A model generated the notes under the pieces. The model saw only the letters and a list, made by a program, of their open reading frames with translations, had not been told where the DNA came from and did not search any database. 64,000 nucleotides of DNA. It comes from Candidatus Latescibacterota bacterium (lineage in GTDB: Bacteria > Latescibacterota > UBA2968 > UBA8231). The stretch lies in contig OZ244561.1 of the NCBI GenBank assembly GCA_965217585.1, positions 4,256,001-4,320,000 on the forward strand, given 5' to 3'. The translations under genes and the position numbers were made by a program. This document shows positions 29,133-39,166 of the stretch, in pieces (position 1 is the first letter of the stretch; each line of letters opens with the position of its first letter).

Positions 29133-29209
29133 TGGTGGGCAATCGCAGATTTGAACTGCGGACCTCCGGTATGTGAGACCGGCGCTCTAACCAACTGAGC
29201 TAATCGCCC
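29133..29209 (-). tRNA. tRNA-Val(CAC)
   Basis: GGGCGATTAGCTCAGTTGG...CCGGT-CTCACAT-ACCGG...GTTCAAATC...GCCCACCA, 77 nt. Confidence 0.96.
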
Positions 29210-29247
29210 AAGAGCATTTTTTAAATTAGCCCCCCACGGCTACTGAG

Positions 29248-31449
29248 TCAATGTCCGTTGTGCCTGGCGGCAAAGTGGAATTTCGGCAGGGTTACTTCAA
29301 TCGCCGCCTCGTGGCCCTCGCGCAGGCGATACGCTCGGTCGAGCTTCAGCTCCTGCCAGCGCTGCGTCTGCTGAGTCGCCGGCCAGGTGATTTCCACAAA
29401 CTCCAATGCCACAGCGTCGCCCAGCCCGAGCTGCGGCGCGAGCGGGTTGGCCCCAAAGCTGCCTCCCGAGCCGATGAGGTGGTGGATGTCGCGGGTGCCG
29501 CCGTCCGGTCGCCGCACGCGCACGCGCACGCGCACGCGGCCGCCAATAGCACCTCGATTCGACTGCACGCCTTGGGGAAACAGCCGCAGCCAGCGATTGC
29601 CGTGCCCGGGATTTTCGTAGAGCACGTTCTGGTAGAGGTCGCCTTCAAAGGCACCGCCCATGACCTCAAAGACGTCTTGGTCTCCATCGTTGTCGAAGTC
29701 TGCAAAGGACACGCCGTGTCCTTTCTGCACGTTGCCGAAGCCGCCTGTCGTGGTGACGTCCAAAAACCGCACACCACCGTCGTTGCGCAGCATGCGGTTG
29801 GGCGTGAGCGAGCGCAGGTCGGGAATCCCGGTGCCCACGTAGCAGTCGGGGAACCCATCGTTGTCCAAGTCGCCGTAGTTGGCACCCATGGCTAGGATGA
29901 CTTGGCCAAAGCTCCCCAGCGATTCGGTGACCTCGGTGAAGGTGCCGTCGCCGTCGTTGCGGTACACGCGTGCGCGATCGGCGGCAAATTCCTCGCCGAG
30001 GTACGCGCGCGCCATGTCGCCGAGGTCGTCCATGTTGTAGCCGCCGGCAAACAAATCGAGCCAGCCGTCGTTGTCGTAGTCCCAAAACCAAGTGGGAAAG
30101 CTCTCGGTCGGCCCTGGCGCGACGACCGTTGCTGCAAAGCGCCAGCCCTCCGGCGCGTCGCCGAGGTTGCGGTAGAGGACGTTTTCGCGGTAGAACTGGG
30201 ATACGTACAGGTCGATCAAACCGTCGTTGTCTATATCGCCCCAGGCAACCCCCTTTACAAAGCCCACGTGATCGACGCCGACCGCGGGGGCTACATCGAC
30301 AAAACCGCCGTCTCCTTGGTTGCGAAACAACTGGCATGGGTGGGGCTGCTTGCCGGATTCGTTGCCGACGAACAGATCCAACCAGCCGTCGTTGTCGTAA
30401 TCGGCAAAGGCCGCTGCGTGGGTCGGGTGCAAGGTGAACAAGCCGGCGCGCCGCGTCACGTCCGCAAAGGTGCCGTCGCCGTTGTTCCGCAACAGGGAGT
30501 TCGGCATACGGCCCTCTTCCCCCATCCAAGCACCGCGCAAAACGAACAGATCGACATCGCCGTCGTTGTCGTAGTCGGCTTGCTCTAGATTGATCCCCCC
30601 GATTTGCCCAGCTAGCCCGGCCGCTGTCGTGGCCTCAGTGAAAGTGCCATCGCCCTCGTTGTGGAAGTAGCGCAGCGGATCGCGCAGCCCCCACGAGGAG
30701 ACCGCGATATCCAGCAGACCGTCGCCGTCGAAGTCCTCGACCGCGCTGCCGCCCGCTAGGCCTACAGCCGCGATTCCAGCCGCCGGTGCTACGTCGCGGA
30801 AGCGCTGGATCCCGCCGCGGTCGCCGTCGAATACGCGCGGGGGAATGCGCCAAGGTTGTGGTACCCCTTCCGGGTATTCGCCCAAGGTCATGTACGCCAA
30901 GTTCAGCAGCCAGCGCGTCCCCAGATCGCTTGGGCGCTTGTTCAGGTTTATGGTGTAGTGCTCGATGGCGCGGCGGGAACCTTCCTGCAAGCGATGGACG
31001 CCGTCGTCGCGGATCGGCAGCAAGCAGGAATTCGTGGTGTGGTTGCGCAGGCAGTTCTCCTGCTCCCCGAGGCGCAGATAGGCGATGGCGAGCTGGTCGT
31101 GCAGCCCATAGACGAAGCCCTCGGTTGCCGGTACCTGCCCAGCCTCTACGGCCGCTAGAACGCGTTGCATCTCTTCGATGCCTGAGCGCAAATCTCCGGC
31201 CCGCACCCGCTCTTGGGCAATCCGCAGGCGCATATTCAGCCGCTTGCCCGCGCTCATCGGTTGCCCCAGCAGGGCACTAAGGCCCTCGGCGCGGGCTTGG
31301 TTTAGATAGATGTTGGCAATGGGATCGGCCCGCTGGGCGAGGCGCGCCAGCACAGTCGCCATAAAACGCGAATCCCCGCGATCGACGCCGGCGTCGACCT
31401 GCCCCAAGACGGCTGTGGCCCATAGAAGGATGGCTATAGTGCTCTGCAT
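29248..31449 (-). CDS. CRTAC1-family protein (FG-GAP/VCBS repeats + ASPIC/UnbV domain)
   Basis: Signal peptide; repeated D[YF]DNDGxxDL motifs; C-terminal SNRGAIGGRVRV...GLG...ITWP. Confidence 0.88.
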   Translation of the reverse strand: MQSTIAILLWATAVLGQVDAGVDRGDSRFMATVLARLAQRADPIANIYLNQARAEGLSALLGQPMSAGKRLNMRLRIAQERVRAGDLRSGIEEMQRVLAAVEAGQVPATEGFVYGLHDQLAIAYLRLGEQENCLRNHTTNSCLLPIRDDGVHRLQEGSRRAIEHYTINLNKRPSDLGTRWLLNLAYMTLGEYPEGVPQPWRIPPRVFDGDRGGIQRFRDVAPAAGIAAVGLAGGSAVEDFDGDGLLDIAVSSWGLRDPLRYFHNEGDGTFTEATTAAGLAGQIGGINLEQADYDNDGDVDLFVLRGAWMGEEGRMPNSLLRNNGDGTFADVTRRAGLFTLHPTHAAAFADYDNDGWLDLFVGNESGKQPHPCQLFRNQGDGGFVDVAPAVGVDHVGFVKGVAWGDIDNDGLIDLYVSQFYRENVLYRNLGDAPEGWRFAATVVAPGPTESFPTWFWDYDNDGWLDLFAGGYNMDDLGDMARAYLGEEFAADRARVYRNDGDGTFTEVTESLGSFGQVILAMGANYGDLDNDGFPDCYVGTGIPDLRSLTPNRMLRNDGGVRFLDVTTTGGFGNVQKGHGVSFADFDNDGDQDVFEVMGGAFEGDLYQNVLYENPGHGNRWLRLFPQGVQSNRGAIGGRVRVRVRVRRPDGGTRDIHHLIGSGGSFGANPLAPQLGLGDAVALEFVEITWPATQQTQRWQELKLDRAYRLREGHEAAIEVTLPKFHFAARHNGH

Positions 31450-31513
31450 AATAAAAAACGGCTACAAAAATTGGCTGCCCCAATCCTCGTAACCGCGCAT
31501 GTCGCAAAATTAA

Positions 31514-31590
<77 letters not shown>

Positions 31591-31630
31591 ATTAAGGTTA
31601 GCTAAAAACCTAGGATTTTTCCCAAGTAGG

Positions 31631-33451
31631 TCAAGAGCTTTGTTGGGCAGCGACCGCTTGGCGTTCTTGATTGAGCGCGACGAGCTCGGCGCTGATGCGC
31701 GCAATTTCGCCGTCGTCGGATGCCGCGGCGAGGGCTTGACGCGCGTTGGCGATGCGCTGTTGCAGCGCATTTTTCTGAAAATAAAGCAAATAGTCGCGCC
31801 ATTGCCTGTCGATTTGTTCCTCGTCGAAACCCAGGGCCGCGCATTGGGCAACGAGCTGCGCGAGTGCGTCGTCCTCTAGCTCGGTGATGATCATTGCAAG
31901 GTCGATGGCTTTGCTGTGGGCATGGCGGTCGAGGAGCATGCGGCACAGGGCCTGAGTGCGGGCGTCGGTGAGTGCATCTGGAGCGAATTCCTTCGCGGTA
32001 GCAGGTATGAACTGCGGGAAGTTGAGCAGCAGCCCCATGAATTCGAGCTCGTGGCGCGGCGGGTCGGGCGCGGCTGTCGAGGACGGCTCGGCGAGCGTCT
32101 TGCGCGGCCGTTGGGGACGGCGCATGGAGGCTTGCAGGTCGTGGCGCAGGGATTGCTCATCAACTGAGAGGCTTTGGGCGACTTCGCGCAGGAGCAGGTC
32201 GCGGAAGACCGCATCTTGGGGTTTGTTCAGCTTGGCTATGAGCGGTTTGAACGTTTCGACGGCGCGGACCTTGCCTTCGACGCTGGAGAGATCGTGCCTC
32301 TGGGCGAGTTGTTCAAGGCAGAAATTGAGGGCCGGCTGGGGGTTTTCAATCTGCTTTATCAGCGCGTCCGGGCCGTGCTGTTGCACGAAGCTGTCAGGAT
32401 CGTACTCAGGGGGCAGCGAGACGACGCGGGTGTCTATGCGACTTCCTAGGACGGTGCTTAGGAAGCCGGTGCCTAGAAGAGCTTCGAAGGCTCGCGTGGC
32501 AGCCGTGGAACCAGCCTCGTCGCCGTCGAAAAGCAGCACAACTCGGCGGGCAACGCGAGCCAACAGGCGGCCGTGGTCTTCGGTCAGGGCCGTGCCGGAG
32601 GTGGCTGCCACATGCTGGATGCCGGCCTGCGCTAGGCTGAGCAAATCCATATAGCCTTCGACGACCAAGACGGTATCTTGGCGGCGGATGGCGTCGCGGG
32701 CGGCGGACAGGCCGTAGAGCACTCGACCCTTGTGATAGATGGGCGTCTCGGGCGAGTTGAGGTACTTGGGCTCTTGGTCGGGCTGGAGTGCGCGCGCGCC
32801 GAAGGCTATGGTCCGATTGGAGAGATTGGCAATGGGAAAGGCGATCCGGTCGCGGAAGCGGTCGTAGTGACCGCTGCCTGTGGAGCGCGGCAGAGCCAAC
32901 CCCGCCCGCTCCAAGATCTGGGGATTCAAGCCTCGGCGACCGGCTACTTTGAGCAAGGCGTCCCACTCCGGCGGCGCGTAGCCCAAGCCGAAACGCTCGA
33001 TGGTTTCGCCTGTGAGGCCGCGGGTCTGTAGATACGTGCGGGCACTAGTGCCGACATCGTCGTTAAGCAACAGATGGTGAAAGTACTTTCGTGCTAGGTC
33101 GTTAGCCCGGTAGAGCTCGTCGGCGGCCGCGTCCTCCTCGCGCGATGGCCCCGAACGCTCGGGCAGGGCGACGCCGGTGCGCTCGGCGAGGAATTTGACC
33201 GCTTCGATAAAGGTGACTCGATCGATCTCTTGGATGAACTTGAAGACATCTCCGCCGACGCCACAGCCGAAGCAGTGGTAGAATTGGCGGTCGGGATCGA
33301 CGCTGAAAGAGGGGGATTTTTCGTCGTGAAAAGGGCAGAGGCCGGAGTAGTTGCGACCCTTTTTGACGAGCTGGACGTGTTCGGAGACCAAGTCGACAAT
33401 GTCGGTGGCGTCGCGGATGCGTTGGAGGATGTCTTCAGGGACGAGTGGCAT
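31631..33451 (-). CDS. dnaG: DNA primase
   Basis: CPFHDEKSPSF...CFGC zinc finger, KYLNSPET, VEGYMD, TOPRIM FDGD. Confidence 0.97.
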   Translation of the reverse strand: MPLVPEDILQRIRDATDIVDLVSEHVQLVKKGRNYSGLCPFHDEKSPSFSVDPDRQFYHCFGCGVGGDVFKFIQEIDRVTFIEAVKFLAERTGVALPERSGPSREEDAAADELYRANDLARKYFHHLLLNDDVGTSARTYLQTRGLTGETIERFGLGYAPPEWDALLKVAGRRGLNPQILERAGLALPRSTGSGHYDRFRDRIAFPIANLSNRTIAFGARALQPDQEPKYLNSPETPIYHKGRVLYGLSAARDAIRRQDTVLVVEGYMDLLSLAQAGIQHVAATSGTALTEDHGRLLARVARRVVLLFDGDEAGSTAATRAFEALLGTGFLSTVLGSRIDTRVVSLPPEYDPDSFVQQHGPDALIKQIENPQPALNFCLEQLAQRHDLSSVEGKVRAVETFKPLIAKLNKPQDAVFRDLLLREVAQSLSVDEQSLRHDLQASMRRPQRPRKTLAEPSSTAAPDPPRHELEFMGLLLNFPQFIPATAKEFAPDALTDARTQALCRMLLDRHAHSKAIDLAMIITELEDDALAQLVAQCAALGFDEEQIDRQWRDYLLYFQKNALQQRIANARQALAAASDDGEIARISAELVALNQERQAVAAQQSS

Positions 33452-33560
33452 TGCTAGCAGTGGGCTTTTTATCTATATTAACAGCGCCATTGAGCAAAAT
33501 ATGGCGGCCCATTAACCGGGTCAAGAAAGTTAATTAGCGACGCTAATTTGCGTTAATTCC

Positions 33561-33617
33561 TTGAGTTTACAGCAAACAGTTGGTATTATTGATAAGTGCT
33601 TATTCATGGCCTATACT
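33561..33617 (+). promoter_or_regulatory. Two tandem sigma70-like promoters
   Basis: TTGAGT-N17-TATTAT with extended TG (33561-33589) and TTGATA-N17-TATACT (33589-33617). Confidence 0.55.
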
Positions 33618-33668
33618 GGGGCCAAATCAGAATTTGACCCATTGAGCATTAAGAGGAGGATATCAGAT

Positions 33669-34334
33669 ATGTCGAAAGGCATAAAAGGAGCTATCGCGAG
33701 TTTGGCCTTGTTGGGACTCAGTGTTTTTCTGTGCGCGAGTCCGGCTGCAGCGCAGTTGGCGGTCTCTGGGGCTGCGGCGGATACAGACGATCGTGCACCC
33801 AGTCCTGTCGGCGGAGTACAGGCTGAGTTCAACGAAGGTGGAAGGAGCATCACTGTCTCTTGGACCTTGTCCGGCGACGATGTCGTGCGCCAGTCCCCGA
33901 CGAGTAGCGACTTTACGTCGGGTGGCACCTTTATCAACGTCAACGATGTGGCTGGTTACAATATATGGCGTCGTCCCGCCGATAACCCTGAAGGCAGCTT
34001 GGCAATAGTCGGCACTGCTGGTGCCGGGGGGACGGCCTTAGTTGATGCCTCGATCAACGTGAGCGCGGGGAGCAGGCGGTATTTCTATCTGGTCTCGGTC
34101 GTCGATGCTAGCGGCAACGAGAGCGCTCCCATCGAGTCTGACGAAGTCAAGAACATGTTGCTCCTCGGCGACTTTGACTACGATGGCGATGTGGACCTTT
34201 TAGACTACGGAATTTTTCAAGTCAACTTCGGCCAAGCCGATTTCGATCCAGCCACAGATATCGACGGCAACGGCGTGGTTGATCTTGAGGACTTTTTCCT
34301 TTGGGCCGACAACCTCGGTGCCGATTTGTACTAG
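33669..34334 (+). CDS. Secreted FN3-like protein with C-terminal EF-hand/dockerin-like pair
   Basis: AGGAGG RBS, signal ...PAAAQ; GYNIWRR, YFYLVSVVDASGNES; GDFDYDGDVDLLD and DIDGNGVVDLEDFFLWADNLG. Confidence 0.8.
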   Translation: MSKGIKGAIASLALLGLSVFLCASPAAAQLAVSGAAADTDDRAPSPVGGVQAEFNEGGRSITVSWTLSGDDVVRQSPTSSDFTSGGTFINVNDVAGYNIWRRPADNPEGSLAIVGTAGAGGTALVDASINVSAGSRRYFYLVSVVDASGNESAPIESDEVKNMLLLGDFDYDGDVDLLDYGIFQVNFGQADFDPATDIDGNGVVDLEDFFLWADNLGADLY

Positions 34335-34388
34335 GTGCCGGCCTCAATATATCTATGTATTCCATCCTTTCAAAAGGAGTATAGTTCG

Positions 34389-35078
34389 ATGAAAGAGTAT
34401 ATCCGCATCGTCGCGCTAGCCGTTTTTTGCGCTGCTCCCGCGGCCGCTCAGTTGACCACCTCTGGGCCCGTAGCTTCCGTCGATAATATTCCTCCTGCAC
34501 CTGTGACCAATCTGCAAGCGCTCGCCACAGTCGGTGATGATCCATCCGTGTCGCTCACTTGGACGCTATCAACAGATGACGCTCGTTCGTTTACGACCTT
34601 TGGTGACCAGGTGGTGCCCACGGGCGACGTACACGGCTATCGCGTGTACCGTACGGATTTCTTTTTCCCCGTGGATGATAGCGGCGAGATAGTGCTTGGT
34701 TGGTTTACCCGTGAGGGGGACAGAGTTGACTTCGACGACTTCTTCCTCTTAGCCGATCGCTTCGGCACTTCTGACGCCGATGCGGGTTTTGAGTTGTTAT
34801 TCGACATAGTGCCCAATGGCCAAATTGATGTCGATGATTTTCTTCGTTTCGCCGATGATTTCGGCAAGGCCGTAACTCAGGAACAGGGCAGTGAAAAGTT
34901 GATCGCCACGCTGGGGCCGGGCATCTCCGAATTTGTCGACGATGATATCGTCAATGGGGCTTCCTATGTCTATGACGTAAGAGCCTTTGACGGAGACAAC
35001 GAAACTGGCGTTGTCGCAGAGGTTGCTTCCAATGAAGATATAGCCCGGACGGCGATGGTTGTCAGCGCCGATCAATAA
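34389..35078 (+). CDS. Secreted FN3-like paralog with internal EF-hand/dockerin-like pair
   Basis: AAGGAG RBS, signal ...PAAAQ; PPAPVTNL, GYRVYR, VDFDDFFLLADRFG, IDVDDFLRFADDFG, YVYDVRAFDG. Confidence 0.8.
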   Translation: MKEYIRIVALAVFCAAPAAAQLTTSGPVASVDNIPPAPVTNLQALATVGDDPSVSLTWTLSTDDARSFTTFGDQVVPTGDVHGYRVYRTDFFFPVDDSGEIVLGWFTREGDRVDFDDFFLLADRFGTSDADAGFELLFDIVPNGQIDVDDFLRFADDFGKAVTQEQGSEKLIATLGPGISEFVDDDIVNGASYVYDVRAFDGDNETGVVAEVASNEDIARTAMVVSADQ

Positions 35079-35101
35079 GGGCGTACGCGAAGCCGCAGAG
35101 G

Positions 35102-35140
35102 ATAGGACGCCCACTCGACGAGCGAGCGTCCTATTTTTTT
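35102..35140 (+). terminator. Intrinsic terminator
   Basis: ATAGGACGC...GCGTCCTAT followed by TTTTTT. Confidence 0.8.
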
Positions 35141-35152
35141 GCAGTACACGTC

Positions 35153-35181
35153 TTGACAAACAAAGATGTTCTCTGTATTCT
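35153..35181 (+). promoter_or_regulatory. sigma70-like promoter of rho
   Basis: TTGACA-N17-TATTCT. Confidence 0.7.
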
Positions 35182-35462
35182 TTAATCTCTTTCGCACCTC
35201 TCTTTTCCAAGCAAATACCTCAGCGGTTTATTCCGCTTGAAATTCCACTCTCCCTTTAGATATTCTTCGCGATAGACTTCCTGTAGCGATTAAAGAATTT
35301 TGCCAAGGTACGGCATACCCTAGGTTTTAGTGTCTCAGCGGTACTACCGCTTTTAACAATCCAATCCTCGCAATAGCCCTAGGTGCTTCTAGTGCCGCAT
35401 CGCGCCTGAATATCCGCTTCGAGTTCCTGCACTTTAACCGCAAGAAAGGTCGCAAGGAAGAG

Positions 35463-36737
35463 ATGCCGCCTGTCAATAGAACGCAGAAAATGAATATTGT
35501 CGAACTCCAGCGCATGAACATCTTGGATCTCCAAGAGCTGGCCAAGAAATTGGAAGTTGTAGATTGCACCTCTTTGCGCAAGCAAGAGTTGATCTTTTCC
35601 ATCCTCAAGCACCAGACTGAGCGCAGTGGGCTGATTTTTGCCCAAGGCACTTTGGAGGTGCTGGAAGAGGGATTCGGCTTTCTCCGCTCGCCGAGCTATA
35701 ACTACTTGCCTGGCCCCGACGACATTTACGTTTCCCACTCGCAGATTAAGCGATTCAGTCTGCGCACGGGAGACACGATCTCCGGTCAGATCCGCCCGCC
35801 GAAAAACGACGAGAAGTACTTTGCACTGCTGCGAGTCGAGGCAATCAACTTCGACGATCCAGAAGTCACCAAGACGAAGACGATCTTCGAAAACCTGACG
35901 GCCTTGCATCCCACGGATCGCTTCAAGTTAGAGCACAATCCCAAGGACATGACGACGCGGATTCTCGACTTGCTCTCGCCCATTGGCAAGGGGCAGCGCG
36001 GCCTAATCGTCGCGCCGCCCTTCACCGGCAAAACCATGCTCCTGCAAAAGGTCGCCAACGCCATTACCACCAATCACCCTGAAGCGATTCTCATCGTCTT
36101 GCTCATCGACGAGCGCCCCGAAGAAGTCACCGATATGCTGCGTTCGGTCCAGGGCGAAGTCGTCAGTTCGACCTTTGATGAGTCGGCTACGCGGCACGTG
36201 CAGGTGGCGGATATGGTGATCGAGAAGGCTCGGCGCCTAGTCGAGCACAAGCGGGATGTGGTCGTCCTGCTCGACAGCATCACGCGTTTGGCGCGGGCCT
36301 ACAATACGGTGACGCCGCATTCGGGCCGGATTCTCACCGGCGGCGTTGACTCGACGGCTTTGCAGTGGCCGCGCCGCTTTTTCGCCGCCGCTCGCAATCT
36401 TGAAGAAGGCGGCAGCCTGACGATTATCGCCACGGCCTTGGTCGAGACCGGGAGTCGCATGGACGAAGTGATCTTTGAAGAATTCAAAGGCACGGGCAAT
36501 ATGCAGGTGCAGCTAGACCGCCGGCTGAGCAACCGCCGCGTCTATCCGGCCGTTGACGTGACAGCGACTAGCACCCGCAAAGAAGAGCTACTGCTCACGG
36601 AGTTTGAATTGAACCGCTCGTGGGTACTGCGCCGCATACTCAATCAGATGGGAGTCATTGAGGGCATGGAGTTCCTTCAAGAGCGCATGCAGGGCACGGA
36701 ATCCAACGAGGAATTCCTCAAGGCCATGAACGACTAG
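35463..36737 (+). CDS. rho: Transcription termination factor Rho
   Basis: [47 protein letters not shown]. Confidence 0.98.
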   Translation: MPPVNRTQKMNIVELQRMNILDLQELAKKLEVVDCTSLRKQELIFSILKHQTERSGLIFAQGTLEVLEEGFGFLRSPSYNYLPGPDDIYVSHSQIKRFSLRTGDTISGQIRPPKNDEKYFALLRVEAINFDDPEVTKTKTIFENLTALHPTDRFKLEHNPKDMTTRILDLLSPIGKGQRGLIVAPPFTGKTMLLQKVANAITTNHPEAILIVLLIDERPEEVTDMLRSVQGEVVSSTFDESATRHVQVADMVIEKARRLVEHKRDVVVLLDSITRLARAYNTVTPHSGRILTGGVDSTALQWPRRFFAAARNLEEGGSLTIIATALVETGSRMDEVIFEEFKGTGNMQVQLDRRLSNRRVYPAVDVTATSTRKEELLLTEFELNRSWVLRRILNQMGVIEGMEFLQERMQGTESNEEFLKAMND

Positions 36738-36822
36738 TCGCCTTGTTTTTTGAGCTTCAAGCTTCTATTTTTATTAACTCGGTAGCCGAGTTTCACCGCC
36801 AAGAAAACAGAGGAGTGTAAAG

Positions 36823-37080
36823 GTGCAAAAAGACATGCATCCCCCGTACCAAACGGTTATCTTTCTCGACACTAGCTGTGACTATAAGGTACTGTCGCGT
36901 TCGACGATGAAGTCCGAAGAGACGATGGAGTGGGAAGACGGGAATTCCTATCCGGTGATTCGGGTCGAAATCAGTTCGGCTTCGCATCCTTTCTACACAG
37001 GCAAGCGCCAGCAGATCATGGATCGAGGTGGGCGCATCGATCAGTTCAATCGCCGCTACGGCACAAGCGCGCAAGCCTAG
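36823..37080 (+). CDS. rpmE2: 50S ribosomal protein L31, type B (zinc-free)
   Basis: [28 protein letters not shown]; lacks the four-cysteine zinc motif; GAGGAG RBS with GTG. Confidence 0.93.
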   Translation: MQKDMHPPYQTVIFLDTSCDYKVLSRSTMKSEETMEWEDGNSYPVIRVEISSASHPFYTGKRQQIMDRGGRIDQFNRRYGTSAQA

Positions 37081-37157
37081 CGATTCACTCCGTGCGAAGA
37101 GGTGGTAGGACGCCCTCCTGAGGGCGGTCGTATCGCCTTTTTCGTGTACGCGAATCC

Positions 37158-38105
37158 ATGGACAGAGAGCAACTCACACAAGATCTACCGGTCGGCGGCC
37201 AAGCCGTCATCGAAGGAGTGATGATGCGCGTGCCCGGCAAGATCGTCACCGCGGTGCGGGCGGCTGACCGCCAGATCGTAGTGCGTGAGGAAGCGTACGA
37301 TCCCCTAGCGCAGCGCTATCGCCTATTGGGCCTGCCCGTATTGCGCGGTGCCCTCTCTTTTTTTGAAATGATGCTCATTGGGCTGAAGGCCCTCAATTTC
37401 TCAGCCGATGTCGCAAGGCAAGGAGAGGAGGAGGTCGAGCAGCGGGAGGAGGGTTGGCGGGAGCAATTGGCCTTGTGGGCGACGATGATCTTTTCCGTGG
37501 GACTGGGCGTGGGCCTATTCTTCTTCTTGCCGCTGCTAGCTGCCCAGCTCTTCGGCTTGCAGGAGAACGCCCTCGAATTCAACCTAGTGGCCGGTGCCGT
37601 GCGGGCGACGCTTTTGCTTCTCTACCTTTGGGCGATAAGCCAGTGGCGCGAAATCCAGCGAGTTTTTCAATACCACGGGGCCGAGCACAAAAGCATTTTC
37701 ACCTTAGAGGCCGGTGCCGAGCTGACGGTGGCAACGGCGCGGGGCTTCGGCCGGCTGCATCCGCGCTGCGGAACCAGCTTCATGCTGATCGTAGTGCTCT
37801 TTGCGATCCTGATCTTCGCCTGCGTGGATTCGCTGTTCCCGATCGTCTTTGGGTACACGCAGAGCCTTTTTGAGCGCTTTGCCACCCATTTTGCGGTGCT
37901 GCCCTTTATCGCGGGGACGAGCTTTGAGTTGCTCAAGCTCTCGGGCAAGAAGCGCAATGCCCCGCTGATCCGGTTGCTGAGTGCCCCGGGGCTGTGGTTG
38001 CAGCGAATAACGACCCGCGAGCCGGATGACGACCAGCTAGAGGTCGCCCTGTTCGCGCTGCGTTGCGCCCTAGATGAAGAAGTCGAGGCCAACACGTCGT
38101 GTTAG
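37158..38105 (+). CDS. DUF1385 membrane protein
   Basis: GGQAVIEGVMM, YHGAEHK, HPRCGTSF, LQRITTREP; typical position between rpmE and prfA. Confidence 0.9.
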   Translation: MDREQLTQDLPVGGQAVIEGVMMRVPGKIVTAVRAADRQIVVREEAYDPLAQRYRLLGLPVLRGALSFFEMMLIGLKALNFSADVARQGEEEVEQREEGWREQLALWATMIFSVGLGVGLFFFLPLLAAQLFGLQENALEFNLVAGAVRATLLLLYLWAISQWREIQRVFQYHGAEHKSIFTLEAGAELTVATARGFGRLHPRCGTSFMLIVVLFAILIFACVDSLFPIVFGYTQSLFERFATHFAVLPFIAGTSFELLKLSGKKRNAPLIRLLSAPGLWLQRITTREPDDDQLEVALFALRCALDEEVEANTSC

Positions 38106-39166
38106 ATAAATTGAATGAATACGGGCAGCGCTACGAGGAGCTAGGCGCGCTTATGGCCGACCCGGCCATAAGCCAAAACCCGACTCAGTACCAGAAGCTG
38201 GCGCGGGAGATGGGCGACTTGCAGGAAGTGGTGGATTTAGCGGGCCAGTACCGCGCCGCACGCACACAGCTCGCAGAGGCCGAGGAAATCATCGCCGATG
38301 GCAGCGATGCAGAGCTAGTCGAGTTGGCCGCAGCCGAACGCGACCAACTACGGGGAAAAGTGGTGCAGCTAGAAGAAGCACTCAAAGTGCTGCTGATTCC
38401 CAAAGACCCCAATGACAGCCGCAACGCCATCGTCGAGATCCGCGCCGGCACCGGCGGCGACGAAGCCGGGCTTTTCGCCAGCGATCTATGCCGCATGTAC
38501 CACCGCTTCGCCGAGCGCAAGGGCTTGAAAACCGAGGAGCTTTCCTCCAGTCAGAATCCGGCCGGCGGCTTTAAGGAGGTGGTGTTCGTGGTCTCGGGCG
38601 CGGACGCCTTCGGCCAGCTCAAGTTCGAGAGCGGGGTACACCGCGTGCAGCGGGTTCCCAAAACCGAGGCTTCGGGCCGGATTCACACGTCGGCGGCCTC
38701 GGTGGCGGTCTTGCCCGAAGCCGAGGAAGTGGAGGTGGCGATCGCTCCCGAGGATTTGAAAATCGAGGTGTACCGCTCCAGTGGGCCTGGCGGCCAGAGC
38801 GTCAACACCACGGATTCGGCCGTGAAAATCACCCATATCCCAATGGGCATTATCGTCTCCTGTCAAGACGAGAAGTCGCAGCTAAAGAACAAGAACAAGG
38901 CATTGAAGGTCCTCCGTGCCCGGCTTTACGACAAATTACAGGCCGAGCAAAAGGCCGCCCGCGACGCCGCCCGCGCCGGCCAGATCGGCTCCGGCGACCG
39001 CAGCGCGAAAATTCGCACCTACAACTTCCCGCAGGGCCGGGTCACCGACCATCGCATCGGCTTGTCCCTCTATCGCCTAGAGGAAATCCTCGACGGTGAT
39101 TTTGAAAAATTCGTAGAGCAATTGGCCCTCGCATCTCAGCAGGACGCGCTAGCGGCAGATCTATGA
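38099..39166 (+). CDS. prfA: Peptide chain release factor 1
   Basis: GVHRVQRVPKTE (PxT), SGPGGQSVN, IRTYNFPQ. Confidence 0.97.
   Translation: MLDKLNEYGQRYEELGALMADPAISQNPTQYQKLAREMGDLQEVVDLAGQYRAARTQLAEAEEIIADGSDAELVELAAAERDQLRGKVVQLEEALKVLLIPKDPNDSRNAIVEIRAGTGGDEAGLFASDLCRMYHRFAERKGLKTEELSSSQNPAGGFKEVVFVVSGADAFGQLKFESGVHRVQRVPKTEASGRIHTSAASVAVLPEAEEVEVAIAPEDLKIEVYRSSGPGGQSVNTTDSAVKITHIPMGIIVSCQDEKSQLKNKNKALKVLRARLYDKLQAEQKAARDAARAGQIGSGDRSAKIRTYNFPQGRVTDHRIGLSLYRLEEILDGDFEKFVEQLALASQQDALAADL

Noticed and set aside
29513-29538. (CGCACG)4 microsatellite
   Set aside because: In-frame, encodes RVRVRVRV in a beta strand; unit length 6 cannot cause phase variation
29680-30740. Recurrent GCCGTCGTTGTCGTAGTC-like repeats
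   Set aside because: Coding FG-GAP DxDNDG repeats, not CRISPR or a DGR template
36823-37080. Type B L31 as a zinc-starvation paralog
   Set aside because: It occupies the housekeeping rho-prfA locus and no Zur-like box was seen; likely the sole L31
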